NCBI GenBank assembly: GCA_019704295.1
Contig: AP024596.1
Span: forward strand, 2,016,001-2,080,000
Source of the DNA: Sulfolobales archaeon HS-7
Lineage (GTDB): Archaea; Thermoproteota; Thermoprotei_A; Sulfolobales; Sulfolobaceae
Direction of reading: 5' to 3'
Length of the DNA: 64,000 nt
Below the pieces are notes generated by a model that worked only from the letters and a program-made list of their open reading frames with translations, ran no database searches and had not been told where the DNA came from. This document shows, piece after piece, positions 22,025 to 33,622 of the stretch (positions are counted from its first letter, which is position 1; every line of letters begins with the position of its first letter). The translations under genes were made by a program, and so were the position numbers.

Positions 22025-23122
22025 ATGAAGATAGCCGTAATTGGGGGAGGAATCGTTGGCACGTTAGCGGCATTTCTCCTTAAGCGAAATGGATTTGATG
22101 TAAAAGTGTTTGAGAGAAAGGAACTCGGTTACGGTTCGATTCACGCTGCAGGTCTTATCGAACCATATAGATTTGACAAGATCAATTCCACATCGATGGT
22201 AATCAGAATGGCTTCATATATGATAAGAGGTTCTACAGCCATTTCAAAGTTCGATAATGAATGGGTACTTAGTTTAATGAAAATTATTAATGAAAACCCA
22301 CCTGCCTATGTATGGGACGAATTAAAGGAAATGGGTAGGTATTCATTAAACTTCTATAGGGAGCTAGCGCAGGAAAAAAATGATTTTAGTTTCTCGGATA
22401 AAGGGGTTGCAGAAGTGTATATCTCAGAAGAAAGTTTCGAAAATGCTATTGAAGAGGAAAAGCTAAATCCCCTTAATCCTAAATACGAAGTTATAGACCA
22501 TTATAGATTTTCGGGTGGAATTCTATATCCTGAACTAGAAAGTTTATCAACTGAGAAATTTATAGAACATATTGGGCAGGAGTTGAATCAGAACTTAGTG
22601 ATAAGAGATGTTCATAGTTTTTCTCCAACAGAGATAGATAATGAGAAATTTGACATGGTTATAATTTCAACTGGTTTTGAAACTAGAAAATTAGGTATTC
22701 CAGTTACTGGGTTCAGTGGTTACGGTTTTTTAGTTAAGGGGGAGAAGGTTAACTGCCCCATAGTAATAGCAGATCTCGGGGTAGCCTATAATTCCTACGA
22801 AGAAGTTTCTAAGCTAACTGCCGGTTTTGACATGGGATGGCAGATAAACGAAAAAAGACGAGAGAGGCTATTAGTCTTAGCTGGAAAGTATCTAGATATA
22901 AAGGATACGATCTCATCGAAATTCGGCATTAGACCATGTACTCCCGATGGATTCCCTGTCGTCTGCTGGAAAGATGGATATCTGTTTCTAACAGGAAATT
23001 GTAGACTGGGATGGAGCTATGCCCCCGCAATGGCAAAACTTGCTATAGAGGCGGCAAAGGGCAGAAAAGACTTTGGCTTTTTTTCCAGATTTTGCAGTCA
23101 TTCTGGAGGAATTTCCTTGTAG
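22025..23122 (+). CDS. FAD-dependent D-amino-acid dehydrogenase-like oxidoreductase
   Basis: GGGIVG, GIRPCTPDG. Confidence 0.85.
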   Translation: MKIAVIGGGIVGTLAAFLLKRNGFDVKVFERKELGYGSIHAAGLIEPYRFDKINSTSMVIRMASYMIRGSTAISKFDNEWVLSLMKIINENPPAYVWDELKEMGRYSLNFYRELAQEKNDFSFSDKGVAEVYISEESFENAIEEEKLNPLNPKYEVIDHYRFSGGILYPELESLSTEKFIEHIGQELNQNLVIRDVHSFSPTEIDNEKFDMVIISTGFETRKLGIPVTGFSGYGFLVKGEKVNCPIVIADLGVAYNSYEEVSKLTAGFDMGWQINEKRRERLLVLAGKYLDIKDTISSKFGIRPCTPDGFPVVCWKDGYLFLTGNCRLGWSYAPAMAKLAIEAAKGRKDFGFFSRFCSHSGGISL

Positions 23123-24603
23123 ACTACGTTAAGATCTAAGCCTACTCTCTTATGCTTAATGTAAGATGCTAAATACACTAATCCTGATATTAGTATTGTT
23201 CCAATTACGAAAATCAAGGTAATGGTATTTGGCGCACCTGAGGAAGTGGCGAATCCGAAATCAGGATTAACTGCAGATTCATATGTTAAGTAACTAAATA
23301 CAGAGACTGAGAGTATTGAAGCTAGCAGCAGCTTCATACTGTTCTGCCTTATGCTAAATACTATTCCTGCTATGCTTACAACCGCAAAGTAAAGCATTCC
23401 TAGGATTGTTGCGCCATACAGTGCAGTTGCGGAACTGGAAATTACCGGCAACGCTAGAAACCCTAACGTTATTACTAAATCAAGTAAGTGTGTATAAACG
23501 GGAGAACCTGCTTTATTAAGCCTAGAGAAGATCTCTGGTAACACTCTATCAAACGACATTGCAAATATATACCTAGAGAAAACTATTACACCGTAGGCCA
23601 GAATATAGATTTGCCATACAAATATGCCGATACCAATTATCCATTCAAGAATGGGATTTCCAGCCATTGCTATAGCAGCTGTCCAGAAATTATATGCTCC
23701 TCCGTTTGCCGATAGCAAGTAATTAGCTGTACCAAAACCGGTTCCTACATACATTAAGAAAAAGCCTATTGTAACTAATCCCCCAGTGAGAAATAACGCT
23801 ACCGGAAGATTATATTTAGCTACCTTATTTCCCCTGAATTCAGACGCTACAGAAGGTCCAGCTTGCATCCATGGATACGTGAAAAGGGCGAAGAAGGGAA
23901 ACATAAACAAAGTGTCACCCCAGCTAAACTTTGATACTATCGTTGAAGGAAGCGTAATTCCCTCCCCAGATAAAAACTTAGATAAACCTGAATTAGTTAA
24001 GAAGTGACCATAGTTTGCTGCTAATACACCTATTGCAATCATTATAGCCAGCAAACTGAATATACCGAGGACACTCACTAGGCCATATCCGTATCGCGGT
24101 TTCAGTATATTAAATGCTATTATGATTCCAAATATTAAAGCAGCTACTCCATAATCAATTAGCGGATTATTAAATATCGTTGCTGCTGATACTAAATAAC
24201 TGTTACTATTCACAATACCTACAGTTTGCATAACAGTCTGAATTGCTGAAGCCGAAAAGAATGCAGTCAGGGCGAAAAATGCAAGAGATTCAATCATGAG
24301 AGTGAGAGCAAAAGTTACGCCGACAGCACCTCCTAATGTTCTGCTTACCCATACGTAGTCACCTCCCGTTCGGGGGATTCTGTTGGTAAGGTATGTATAC
24401 ATGTATAGTTGGGGCAGGACCAGTATCAAGCCCAAAAGAGATGCTACCCAAAGCGAACTGCCAGGAAGAACATAGGGACTAATTCCTATGAACAGAGCGG
24501 CTCCCGCAGCCATATTGCCTATATTGAGCATAGCTGCGTCAATTAATCCGACTTCTTTCCTAAGTCCAGAAGACTCCCTTACAAAAACTTGTTTACTCGT
24601 CAT
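23098..24603 (-). CDS. APC-family amino acid permease
   Basis: FVRESSGL, PRTGGDY, SFDRVLP, EIPPE; ~12 TMs. Confidence 0.9.
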   Translation of the reverse strand: MTSKQVFVRESSGLRKEVGLIDAAMLNIGNMAAGAALFIGISPYVLPGSSLWVASLLGLILVLPQLYMYTYLTNRIPRTGGDYVWVSRTLGGAVGVTFALTLMIESLAFFALTAFFSASAIQTVMQTVGIVNSNSYLVSAATIFNNPLIDYGVAALIFGIIIAFNILKPRYGYGLVSVLGIFSLLAIMIAIGVLAANYGHFLTNSGLSKFLSGEGITLPSTIVSKFSWGDTLFMFPFFALFTYPWMQAGPSVASEFRGNKVAKYNLPVALFLTGGLVTIGFFLMYVGTGFGTANYLLSANGGAYNFWTAAIAMAGNPILEWIIGIGIFVWQIYILAYGVIVFSRYIFAMSFDRVLPEIFSRLNKAGSPVYTHLLDLVITLGFLALPVISSSATALYGATILGMLYFAVVSIAGIVFSIRQNSMKLLLASILSVSVFSYLTYESAVNPDFGFATSSGAPNTITLIFVIGTILISGLVYLASYIKHKRVGLDLNVVYKEIPPE

Positions 24604-24668
24604 AAAAAATTCTTCTCGTAACTCTTTTTAAATCTATATTTTATAATTACGAATCTACGTAATATGTC

Positions 24669-24684
24669 TTACATAATTATGTAA
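24669..24684. promoter_or_regulatory. Candidate operator palindrome
   Basis: Perfect TTACATAATTATGTAA about 65 bp upstream of the permease start. Confidence 0.45.
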
Positions 24685-24837
24685 ATTATCTGTAGTAGCT
24701 ATTTAGTCATCAATGAACTGATTTTACTTGGATATGTAATTTTTCCTTCAACAATAGCTTAGAGTGTATATTAAGCGTAAGCATTCTAACGGGTAAAAAG
24801 AAAATGTTTAAAGCTTATTTGTGGAAGAAATAATGAT

Positions 24838-24910
24838 AGCCGGGTAGTCTAGCGGTCAAGGATCCAGGGCTTTGGCCCCTGGGACCAGGGTTCGAATCCC
24901 TGCCCGGCTA
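24838..24910 (+). tRNA. tRNA-Gln(TTG)
   Basis: Acceptor AGCCGGG/CCCGGCT, anticodon arm CAGGG-CTTTGGC-CCCTG, GTTCGAATC; TTTAAA box upstream. Confidence 0.95.
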
Positions 24911-25304
24911 CTGCCTGATGCTTATGAACCGCTTTACGATATTAAACTCTACAAATTTACCTATACGGCTACTACTACTGCTAAGGGTATAGTTCAGTTA
25001 AAGGCAAGGAGTTATTCCTCCTAATTAGTTCTGATTTTTCTTCCTGAAACTCTTCTGCAGCAGTTTTTGCCCTTTCTATTACACCATAATAGCAGTCTTA
25101 AGCTCATTGAAATTGCTCTTGACGCTATTTACGTAAAATTCGGGGAAATAGACAAAGGTATTATTTGTCTTTCCAGCATTATTAAGAAAAGTTTTTGTTT
25201 GTTTTCTTAATATATTATGCTTATTAACTAATAAGATCTGTAAAACCAGCATTACTAACATATTAATATATAGAACTTATTTTTAAAATCTAGAGAAGTA
25301 TAAA

Positions 25305-26516
25305 TTAGAAGAGAGATGTCTTGTCCTCAAGTATGAGTTCAGTTATTTTTCTGAAATCGGAAATTACCTCATCGGCAATTCCCCTAGCTTCGTTCTTCAT
25401 TTCGTCAGTGATACGGCCATTGGACGATTTCATTTCGATGTTGAGAACTAAGGGATCATCGATAGGTCTGCCGATCTGACCTAAAACCTCTACTTGTACA
25501 TTTGATATATCCTTTACAGTAGTTGCGACTTTATTAGCAATAATCCCCGCAATTACGTTGTACAATTTCCCTACATGATTAACTGGATTTTTGCCTGCAG
25601 TGGCCTCAAGCGACATAGGTCTCATAGGAGTGATTAAACCAGTAGCTCTATTACCCCTCCCTGTCATACCATCATCACCATGCTCTGCTGACGTGCCTGT
25701 TACTGTAAGATAGAAAATTCCCTTGTCCGGTTTGTCACCAGTGTTTATATGTATCCTTATCTCGTTTTCACCTATCTTCTTCTCAGTCATCCTTAATATC
25801 TCTTCCTTGACCTCAGACTTAACTTCAACATAATGGGAGGCGTCCTCAATAAGTGGAGATATAGTAGCCATCGCGATAGTTAGATCTATTTCCTTTCCTT
25901 TCCTAAGTCCCATTACTTTTACATCTTCACCAACTTCAGGGTGCTTTCTTTTAAATTCTGGTGAATTCAAGAGCCTCTCTGTACTCAAAACCAGTTCTTC
26001 CAGTCTGGAGAGAGGGGCAAAACCTACACCGAAGCTAGTATCATTGGAGAGCGGAACCTTCTTTCCCTCGTCGAAAATCCCTATTAGATCTGTTGAACCC
26101 TTACCTATTTTATAATCAATAACTAGATGTTTTTCCGGATCTAGGTATCTGAAATTATCCTTAATCCATTCCTTTACAGTTTCAATAATTATAGTCCCCA
26201 CAGGTATTGATTCAGAACCTTTATCGCGTACTTCAGTAGTAGCTCTTCCAGACACTATTATATATATGGGATGTATTACCTCTCCTCCTTTAAACATAGG
26301 CGTGGCTTGTCCGCCCACAACTAGCGTCTTATCTAGGTTATGATGAAGTATTACTCCATACCTTTTTAGATAGTACTTTGATAAACCTCTGCTTGCGACT
26401 TCTGAAGCACTGTCCGCAATATAGTCTGGATGTCCTGTACCTTTTCTCTCGACAAGCTCGACTTCAAGTTGGTTAACGTCCTTCCAATTAGCCTCTTGTA
26501 CTACTATATTTTTCAT
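25305..26516 (-). CDS. mat: Archaeal S-adenosylmethionine synthetase
   Basis: [25 protein letters not shown]. Confidence 0.95.
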   Translation of the reverse strand: MKNIVVQEANWKDVNQLEVELVERKGTGHPDYIADSASEVASRGLSKYYLKRYGVILHHNLDKTLVVGGQATPMFKGGEVIHPIYIIVSGRATTEVRDKGSESIPVGTIIIETVKEWIKDNFRYLDPEKHLVIDYKIGKGSTDLIGIFDEGKKVPLSNDTSFGVGFAPLSRLEELVLSTERLLNSPEFKRKHPEVGEDVKVMGLRKGKEIDLTIAMATISPLIEDASHYVEVKSEVKEEILRMTEKKIGENEIRIHINTGDKPDKGIFYLTVTGTSAEHGDDGMTGRGNRATGLITPMRPMSLEATAGKNPVNHVGKLYNVIAGIIANKVATTVKDISNVQVEVLGQIGRPIDDPLVLNIEMKSSNGRITDEMKNEARGIADEVISDFRKITELILEDKTSLF

Positions 26517-26549
26517 TACAGATCACTACCCTACCTACTATGGTATATT

Positions 26550-26825
26550 TTATATTTTCTTACCCTCACTATTCATAATATTTTCGTAATCTAGACTAAC
26601 AAATAGTATATTGCTCCCTCTTATCAATACCTCACCATATTTTGTTACAGGTTCATCAGTACCTTCTCTTAATTCAGCACAATCTTTTAGTACAAGATTC
26701 ATAGTCCCGTCACTCTGTTCTAATCTTCCTATTAAGGCCGTTCCGTCCTTTAATCTTACCATTACTATTTTGTTCACTGCCATTCTTATGTTTTTCAGGG
26801 GATTATCAGCTCTAGCTTGCAACAC
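26550..26825 (-). CDS. Sm-like protein (SmAP2-type)
   Basis: Sm1 D.TMNLVL and Sm2 IRGSNI; adjacent to mat. Confidence 0.9.
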   Translation of the reverse strand: MLQARADNPLKNIRMAVNKIVMVRLKDGTALIGRLEQSDGTMNLVLKDCAELREGTDEPVTKYGEVLIRGSNILFVSLDYENIMNSEGKKI

Positions 26826-26884
26826 AAAACCCTCCTTATTACGGAATTATAAATGAATACATATATTAAGCTAATGTTGTTACC

Positions 26885-27700
26885 TCAGCCCTGTTAACTA
26901 TCTCCTCACGGTTGAGGCTTTCCGCTTTCGATACGCCTTAAAGGGCTCCACAGGCACTGCTAGCCGTCCCAATTTGATCTCCTCAAATTAAGGAAAGCGT
27001 TGTAGTTCCTGTCTCTCGTACGCCTAAGTCTGGGCACTTACTTTCCTTTAGCGAGAGGAGGAGTATCTCTGTATCGATGTCTATGACAACAACTTCCCCT
27101 GCTACGGGCATTGAGGGAACCGCGATTTTCCACAGGGGCGATGCACATAGGTAAGGTATCAACTTGACGATTACCCTCTTCACTTTATCTAGTGGAAAAT
27201 CACTAACCATGATAACGCTGGAAATCACTAGCTTCGATAGTTCAAGCGTTCCGCTCTCTTCTCACTCCCTTTTGTCCAACTTCCCCCACTATTTTCCAAT
27301 CTAACTAAGACGAGGGTACCACTTGAGTACCTTTCCTTGGGGAAAGTGATAACCATTTTGGGAACCTCTGCCTAGCTTGCGAAGAGGTCTCCATCTGTCG
27401 CAGAGTTTAGGAATAAAGTTATCAATATTCCCTATCCCCCTTCCCAGTTCTATGGGAGTTGCCTTAATTAAGTCTTGTTTTTCCTCATTGCTTTCGTGAA
27501 GGCAAATTTCCCCAGTGTAAGGTGTTACATAACTTGCACCATAACTTCAACTTTGCTTTTAACCACACAACCTCAGTTAGTTAATGTAGGGCCGAAAGTG
27601 GAATCTTACGTAAGGCATTACCAGTAAACCTGGGAATAGAAGTGTTTAAACGAGGGGCTATCCATTCTTAGAGGTTTCCCGTCCCCTTTACCCAGTTAAG
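26885..27700 (-). pseudogene. Decayed IS200/IS605-like element
   Basis: GC-richer stop-riddled region; GCCTGTGGAG...GAAAGCCTC tnpB-type end on the minus strand. Confidence 0.45.
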
Positions 27701-27767
27701 ATAAAGAGCCGTAGTAGCAGTTACTTAAAATCTAAGTAATTTTAAATCAAGTTATGATGAAAAGCTT

Positions 27768-28202
27768 CTACAACCAATTATTATCAGTTATACCCCTAAA
27801 TATTGAGGAAACATCGATCACAACGAAAGTTAGTGACGGATATTCCCTAATTAGATAACTAACCTGAGATTCGTTTAATATGTCTGAGTATTGGTGAAAA
27901 ATAGCATTTATAACCTCATTGACATACAAAAATTTTCTAATAGTATATTGACCCGGCTCAGCGGTCTTAATTACGATCAACGGAAGCTCCACTATGCTAT
28001 GCAGATATCTAGGTACGACTTCAGCCAGTTTCTTAACATCATCCTCCTTGAGCTCTTGAGTTTCGCCATTGTTCAGTGTAACTCTCCTAGCTCCCCTTAA
28101 TGCGTCAGTTAGTGTTACAAAGGAAATAGGCATAGTATTTATAACATCTTTCATACCTAAATCGAGTATACCCCTATATAGAACGTTGTCTTTCTCCGAC
28201 AT
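27768..28202 (-). CDS. DUF61-family protein
   Basis: INTMP..FVTL, VP..LH..V.LPL; position after fibrillarin. Confidence 0.6.
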   Translation of the reverse strand: MSEKDNVLYRGILDLGMKDVINTMPISFVTLTDALRGARRVTLNNGETQELKEDDVKKLAEVVPRYLHSIVELPLIVIKTAEPGQYTIRKFLYVNEVINAIFHQYSDILNESQVSYLIREYPSLTFVVIDVSSIFRGITDNNWL

Positions 28203-28204
28203 AT

Positions 28205-28897
28205 CTACTCATACTTACTGACAATCATTGCGTGATCTTTATCGTATGGATCAAGGTCGATCACACGCCTCACATTTAGTCCTCCTTCCTTTAATTTATT
28301 TGATTCCTCCTCGAAAACCCTTTGCGGATCTTTAGTAACATCTATACTCCTTGATTTAACGGCTAACAATAACTCTCCTCCTTTCTCAAGGAAATACTTC
28401 GCATTGTTTAAGGCTATTTCGGCCTGATTTGGCTGAGCCACATCAATATATATAACGTCCACTTCTTCAACCATAGTTCTATATCTATTTGGAAACCTAG
28501 CGTCCTCTAGTATGGGTATCAAATTTTGTCTGTGTTGCGAAACAAGTAAAAACTCCCTCATAACCCTAGGAGAGAATTCGACACTGTAAATTCGACCCTC
28601 CTTTCCCACTATATCTGAAAGGTGACTAGCAGTTGTTCCCGACGCAACACCAAGATAGAGAACCACACTGCCCCTTCTAAATGGGGAATAATCAAGTCCG
28701 TTCATTATCGCCCCGGCGAATTTGCTTCTAAAGGCATTCCACTCCCTATATTCTACGCCATCGTAGTTTATGAGGCGTTCTCCATAGACTCTATGCCCTG
28801 GGGCAAAATTCTTAGTACATAATTTGTAAGTTCCGTCATTATAAGAGCACTTAAAGATTCCTTCCATAACTTGTTGTACGTTTACGACTTCTGACAC
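28205..28897 (-). CDS. flpA: Fibrillarin
   Basis: VYGE, WNAFRSK, YLGVASGTT, DVAQPNQA. Confidence 0.96.
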   Translation of the reverse strand: MSEVVNVQQVMEGIFKCSYNDGTYKLCTKNFAPGHRVYGERLINYDGVEYREWNAFRSKFAGAIMNGLDYSPFRRGSVVLYLGVASGTTASHLSDIVGKEGRIYSVEFSPRVMREFLLVSQHRQNLIPILEDARFPNRYRTMVEEVDVIYIDVAQPNQAEIALNNAKYFLEKGGELLLAVKSRSIDVTKDPQRVFEEESNKLKEGGLNVRRVIDLDPYDKDHAMIVSKYE

Positions 28898-28899
28898 TG

Positions 28900-30114
28900 T
28901 TATCTACCTCTTCCCCTTTTCCTCCTTTTCTCCTTACGTTCTTTTCTTTCCTCCTTAATCTCTTTTTTGGGAGGTGGATTCGGATATTTGTCTCTGATTT
29001 CTTGTATTCTTTTCTCCAACTGCTGACGTAATATACCTCCCACATATTTTCCAGAATATGCGTCTATTTTAGCAGCAGTTGCTAGTTTGGTTGCTAGCGC
29101 ACGCGCCATTTTACCTCTTTGCCAACGCGGCGCATTATGAATTGCAGGATATTGGAATATTATGCCATGTTTCGGAGGGCGCGTACCTGACCTTAGTGAA
29201 CGAAATAAAGCCTTCTCAGCACCTAATACTTGTATAGTACTTGCAGGCATTTTTGCAAGTTCCTTAAGACTTCCGGCAAGACTTAAAAGCCTTGCAGCAA
29301 GGGAGGAACCCACGAGGGACGTAACGTTGGGAGCTATTTCTTTCATTATAGATTCCGCATATTCTGTAAGTTCGTCTCTTAAGGAGAACAGCGAGAGTAT
29401 ATTTTCCGCCATAACCTTTAATGAACTCAAATCGTCTTCCGATAAATTAGCTCCGAGGCTTCGTTTAGCGGCTTCTGCTATCTTCTTCGCTTTTGCGTCG
29501 GGAATACCTAGCTTAGCAATTTTTTCTTCGCTTATGTTATCCCTCTCTCCAAAATCTCGTATTATTTGACTATATAGCTTATGATCCTCTATGAGCTTAT
29601 CGAGTTCTGGGAAATGAATACTGTACCATTCCCTCAACCTCTCTGAGAAGAGGTTTATGGTCTTATCTATGTCGTCTATGGCCCTGATTGCCTGTACTGC
29701 TAGTTGGTCCCTATTCTCGGCCGCCTGTCTAAGTTTCCTCCTTGTAAGCTCTGTTGCTACGTTATTTATAAATTCAAAGAGCTTTTCTTCAGATTCCGCA
29801 AAGCCAGTTTTCAGGGCAATTTGTACTAATTCTCCTCTAAACGTCTGAGCACCTATGCTGTTCGGTTCATATAATATTTTAACGCCTAACTTACTTAGCC
29901 CTGATGAAACTTCCTCGTTTTCTAAGACGTATTCATCTACCTTAATTTTACTTATGAGTTCGACTGTTGAAGGTAACGGTTCGCCTTTTAATTCATTGAG
30001 GAGTGCTTCAACTACTTTTCCAACATCTTCTGTATTTTTTACATAATCTATTAGCTCTCCTTGTTCATTAAAGGCGAATGACCCTATTGCGTGTTCGGCA
30101 ATGTAAACTCGCAT
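28900..30114 (-). CDS. nop5: Nop5 (Nop56/58)
   Basis: [30 protein letters not shown]. Confidence 0.96.
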   Translation of the reverse strand: MRVYIAEHAIGSFAFNEQGELIDYVKNTEDVGKVVEALLNELKGEPLPSTVELISKIKVDEYVLENEEVSSGLSKLGVKILYEPNSIGAQTFRGELVQIALKTGFAESEEKLFEFINNVATELTRRKLRQAAENRDQLAVQAIRAIDDIDKTINLFSERLREWYSIHFPELDKLIEDHKLYSQIIRDFGERDNISEEKIAKLGIPDAKAKKIAEAAKRSLGANLSEDDLSSLKVMAENILSLFSLRDELTEYAESIMKEIAPNVTSLVGSSLAARLLSLAGSLKELAKMPASTIQVLGAEKALFRSLRSGTRPPKHGIIFQYPAIHNAPRWQRGKMARALATKLATAAKIDAYSGKYVGGILRQQLEKRIQEIRDKYPNPPPKKEIKEERKERKEKRRKRGRGR

Positions 30115-30174
30115 TATTTTACATCCTCTGAAAACGTTTATTAATCAAAACTATAACATTATCTATGTAATAAC

Positions 30175-30321
30175 ATGCCGTCTCATGGATCCTTAACAAA
30201 GGCAGGAAAGGTAAGAAGTCAGACACCAAAGATTCAACCTAAAGAGAAGAAAAAAGAAAATCCTCGATTAAGAAATAGAATAGAATATAAGAAAAGGATG
30301 GAGGAAAAAAAGGCTAGGTAA
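30175..30321 (+). CDS. rps30e: 30S ribosomal protein S30e (absent from ORF track)
   Basis: Hand translation: [20 protein letters not shown]. Confidence 0.93.
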   Translation: MPSHGSLTKAGKVRSQTPKIQPKEKKKENPRLRNRIEYKKRMEEKKAR

Positions 30322-30351
30322 ATATATTTTTTTATATTGTGTTTCTACCCT

Positions 30352-31680
30352 ATGCAATTAACCTCTTATCAAGGAAGAGCGCTCTCTATTTTAGATAACA
30401 TAGGTGCAAGCATTGGAGACCTGATTGAGATTAAGAAAGGCAAGTACTCATTTACTGGCATACTTATGCCTACCTATTCAGCTGATGATTCAATTGTAGT
30501 TTTAAAATTAGAAAATGGATATAATATAGGCATATCAGTAGAAAACAGTGATAGTATAAGGATTTTAAAGAAAAGTCAAAGCGAGCTGGCTACTAAAGAG
30601 CTTGTTAGAGAAGAAGGGATGAGTGAGATAAAGATCATTAGTACAGGAGGCACTATTGTTAGTAAGATAGAATATGAGACGGGTGCAGTAAGGCCTGCCC
30701 TGTCAACAAAGGAGATACTTAACTTCATACCAGAAATTAAGAACGTTGCTAAGATATCATCAGAAGTAGTATTTTCAATACTCAGTGAAGACATGAAACC
30801 CGAATATTGGATAAAAATAGCTGATGCCGTAAAAAGAGGATTTGATCAAGGGAATAAAGGAATTGTAGTAGCACATGGAACTGATACTATGACCTATACA
30901 GCAGCCGCTTTAGCATTTTCACTTAAAAAAATTCAAGGACCGGTAGTTCTGGTTGGTTCTCAGAGAAGTAGTGATAGACCAAGTAGCGACGCTACGATAA
31001 ATCTCTACTCTGCTGTTTACGTTGCAAAGAATTTTCAAATAGGGGAGGTTGTAATTAATATGCATTCAACATCATCTGACACCTATACATACATTCACAG
31101 AGGGGTAAAGACAAGAAAAATGCACACGAGTAGAAGAGATGCCTTTCAATCGATTAACGACATTCCAATAGCTAAATTTGACTGGGCCAAAAAAGAAATA
31201 GTTATAATTAATAAAAATTATAAAATTCCGGACGACGAAACGTTAGTTGATGCTAAGTTCTCAAGTAAGGCTTTCCTACTTAAGGCGTTTCCAGGTCTTA
31301 ATGGAGAGGTAATTGATGCGATTGTTGGCTCCGGAATAAAAGGAATGATCATTGAGGGCACAGGTCTCGGGCATATATCATCTGAATTGATAGACGTTCT
31401 AAAGAAGGCCATAAAGGATGGCGTATTTATCGGTATGACCTCGCAATGTCTTTTCGGAAGAGTTAACATGAATGTTTACACCACGGGCAGAACTCTTCAA
31501 AAGGTAGGAGTAACGCCTTTAGACGACATGTTACCAGAGGTTGCCCTTGTAAAACTTATGTGGACGTTAGCACATTATGAAGAGCTGGAAGATATAAAGA
31601 AAGTGATGAGAAGCAATTTAGCTGGAGAGTTATCTCCAAGGCACGTAATAAATGAGTTTCCGAGATGGGAATATGAGTGA
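30352..31680 (+). CDS. gatD: Glu-tRNA(Gln) amidotransferase subunit D
   Basis: TGGTI, HGTDT, SQRSSDRPSSD, KMHTSRRDAF. Confidence 0.96.
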   Translation: MQLTSYQGRALSILDNIGASIGDLIEIKKGKYSFTGILMPTYSADDSIVVLKLENGYNIGISVENSDSIRILKKSQSELATKELVREEGMSEIKIISTGGTIVSKIEYETGAVRPALSTKEILNFIPEIKNVAKISSEVVFSILSEDMKPEYWIKIADAVKRGFDQGNKGIVVAHGTDTMTYTAAALAFSLKKIQGPVVLVGSQRSSDRPSSDATINLYSAVYVAKNFQIGEVVINMHSTSSDTYTYIHRGVKTRKMHTSRRDAFQSINDIPIAKFDWAKKEIVIINKNYKIPDDETLVDAKFSSKAFLLKAFPGLNGEVIDAIVGSGIKGMIIEGTGLGHISSELIDVLKKAIKDGVFIGMTSQCLFGRVNMNVYTTGRTLQKVGVTPLDDMLPEVALVKLMWTLAHYEELEDIKKVMRSNLAGELSPRHVINEFPRWEYE

Positions 31681-33565
31681 ATGCGATAAGCTGAGACTTA
31701 AAGTTGGTCTAGAGGTTCACCAACAACTAAATACTAAAAGTAAACTTTTCTGTAATTGTCCTACTTTACTTTCTGAAGATAGCCGAACAGCCATTATAAG
31801 GGAATTACGTCCCTCACTAAGTGAGCTGGGGGAGGTAGATCCAGCAGCCCTATTTGAATGGGAGAAAGGCAAGAGGTATAAATATTTTCTTAATGACAAA
31901 TCAACTTGTTTAGTTGAATGCGACGAGGAACCTCCTCATCCAATGAACCTTGATGCAATATTAATTGGGCTGGGTGTAACTAACGCATTGAATGGTATTC
32001 CAGTTGATGAGATATACGTTATGAGAAAAATGGTAATCGATGGCTCTAATACATCTGGTTTTCAACGAACAGCTATTATAGGAATTGGTGGAAAAATTGA
32101 TGATATCGAGGGACCAGTGGGAATTCAAACTATCGCAATAGAGGAAGACGCTGCAAGGAAAATTGAAACAAGGGAAAACGTAGTGGAATATAACCTAGAT
32201 AGACTCGGATTTCCCCTAATTGAGATATCAACGTCACCAGATATAAGGACTCCAAAACAGGCAGAAAGAGTTGCCCTAAAAATTGGTACTATGTTACGAC
32301 TAACAAAAATGGCTAAACGCGGAATAGGTACCATTAGACAAGATCTCAATGTTTCAATAATGGGAGGCGTTAAGATTGAAATTAAGGGCGTTCAGAAGCT
32401 AGAGGCTATCCCTGATATAATAGAGAGCGAATGCCTAAGACAGAGTGAACTCCTCAACATAAGGCGTGAGTTGGAGAGAAGACTAAGTAAGAATGAGTTG
32501 GAGAGAAGAATAGAAATAATGAATTTAACAAACATCTTCCAAAATACCGCAAGTTCCAAGATAAGAACCTCTATACAAAAAGGGGGCTTAGTTCTAGGAA
32601 TTAAACTATCCAAACTGAGGGGAATCTTAGGATGGAAACTTGGAAAGAACAGAAGGTTTGGCACTGAGATTGCGGATTATGTAAGAGCGCTTGCAGGTCT
32701 GGGGGGAATATTCCATTCTGACGAACTTCCCGCTTATGGAATTAACTTAGATGAAGTAAATAGAGTGAGGCAGGAGTTAAAGTGTGAAGAGGACGATGCG
32801 TTTATATTAATTGTTGGCGAAGAATCTAACGTAAATAAAGCTATAGAAGTCATTAAGCAAAGAATCACGCAAGCCTTTTACGGTATTCCTAAGGAAACCC
32901 GAATGGCTACGGAGGATAATGATACCAAATTTTTGAGACCGCAACCGGGTTCTGCAAGAATGTATCCTGAAACAGATATCCCTCCTATAAGGGTTACGGA
33001 AGATATAATTCATCAATCAGAGAAATTCATCCCACCAACTCCCGAGGTTAAAATTAACGAGTTACTTAAGCTCGGAGTGAACAAGGAACTAGCAGAGTCG
33101 CTCCTCTATAGCACACACCTCGAACTTTTTGAGGAGTTATCAAAGGAGCTGAGAAACATTAGTCCAAACGTTGTAGCAATAACTCTTGTTAACACTTTAA
33201 AATACGTTAAAAGTAAAGTCGAATCTATCGATAAAATTGACGATATTGTAATAACAAAAGTTCTTAACGCGGTAGATAAGGGGATAGTAAATAAGGACTC
33301 AATACCACAAATATTTATAGACTATTGTACTAGAGATGAAGAAATAGAGCATATAATTAGCAACTACTCGACTCTTAGTGATCAAGAACTTAATAAGATA
33401 ATTAGGGAAGTTGTAAACGAAAGTGTTGATGAAATAAAATCTAAAGGAGATAAGGCATTTAATATCATAATGGGCAAAGTGATGCAAAAAGTAAGGGGAA
33501 AAGCAGAAGGAAGGAAAGTGGCAGAACTCATAAAGGAAAACATTAATGAAATACATAGGCAATGA
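31673..33565 (+). CDS. gatE: Glu-tRNA(Gln) amidotransferase subunit E
   Basis: GLEVHQQL, DGSNTSGFQRT, RMYPETD. Confidence 0.96.
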   Translation: MSECDKLRLKVGLEVHQQLNTKSKLFCNCPTLLSEDSRTAIIRELRPSLSELGEVDPAALFEWEKGKRYKYFLNDKSTCLVECDEEPPHPMNLDAILIGLGVTNALNGIPVDEIYVMRKMVIDGSNTSGFQRTAIIGIGGKIDDIEGPVGIQTIAIEEDAARKIETRENVVEYNLDRLGFPLIEISTSPDIRTPKQAERVALKIGTMLRLTKMAKRGIGTIRQDLNVSIMGGVKIEIKGVQKLEAIPDIIESECLRQSELLNIRRELERRLSKNELERRIEIMNLTNIFQNTASSKIRTSIQKGGLVLGIKLSKLRGILGWKLGKNRRFGTEIADYVRALAGLGGIFHSDELPAYGINLDEVNRVRQELKCEEDDAFILIVGEESNVNKAIEVIKQRITQAFYGIPKETRMATEDNDTKFLRPQPGSARMYPETDIPPIRVTEDIIHQSEKFIPPTPEVKINELLKLGVNKELAESLLYSTHLELFEELSKELRNISPNVVAITLVNTLKYVKSKVESIDKIDDIVITKVLNAVDKGIVNKDSIPQIFIDYCTRDEEIEHIISNYSTLSDQELNKIIREVVNESVDEIKSKGDKAFNIIMGKVMQKVRGKAEGRKVAELIKENINEIHRQ

Positions 33566-33622
33566 GGAGTTACCCCCGAAACGGATAAGGTGAAATAAAG
33601 GCATTTGCCTGAGCCTAGGTGA

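Noticed and set aside
29162-29569. Antisense ORFs overlapping core genes (nop5, gatE, uppS and others)
   Set aside because: Shadow ORFs of well-supported genes with no motifs of their own
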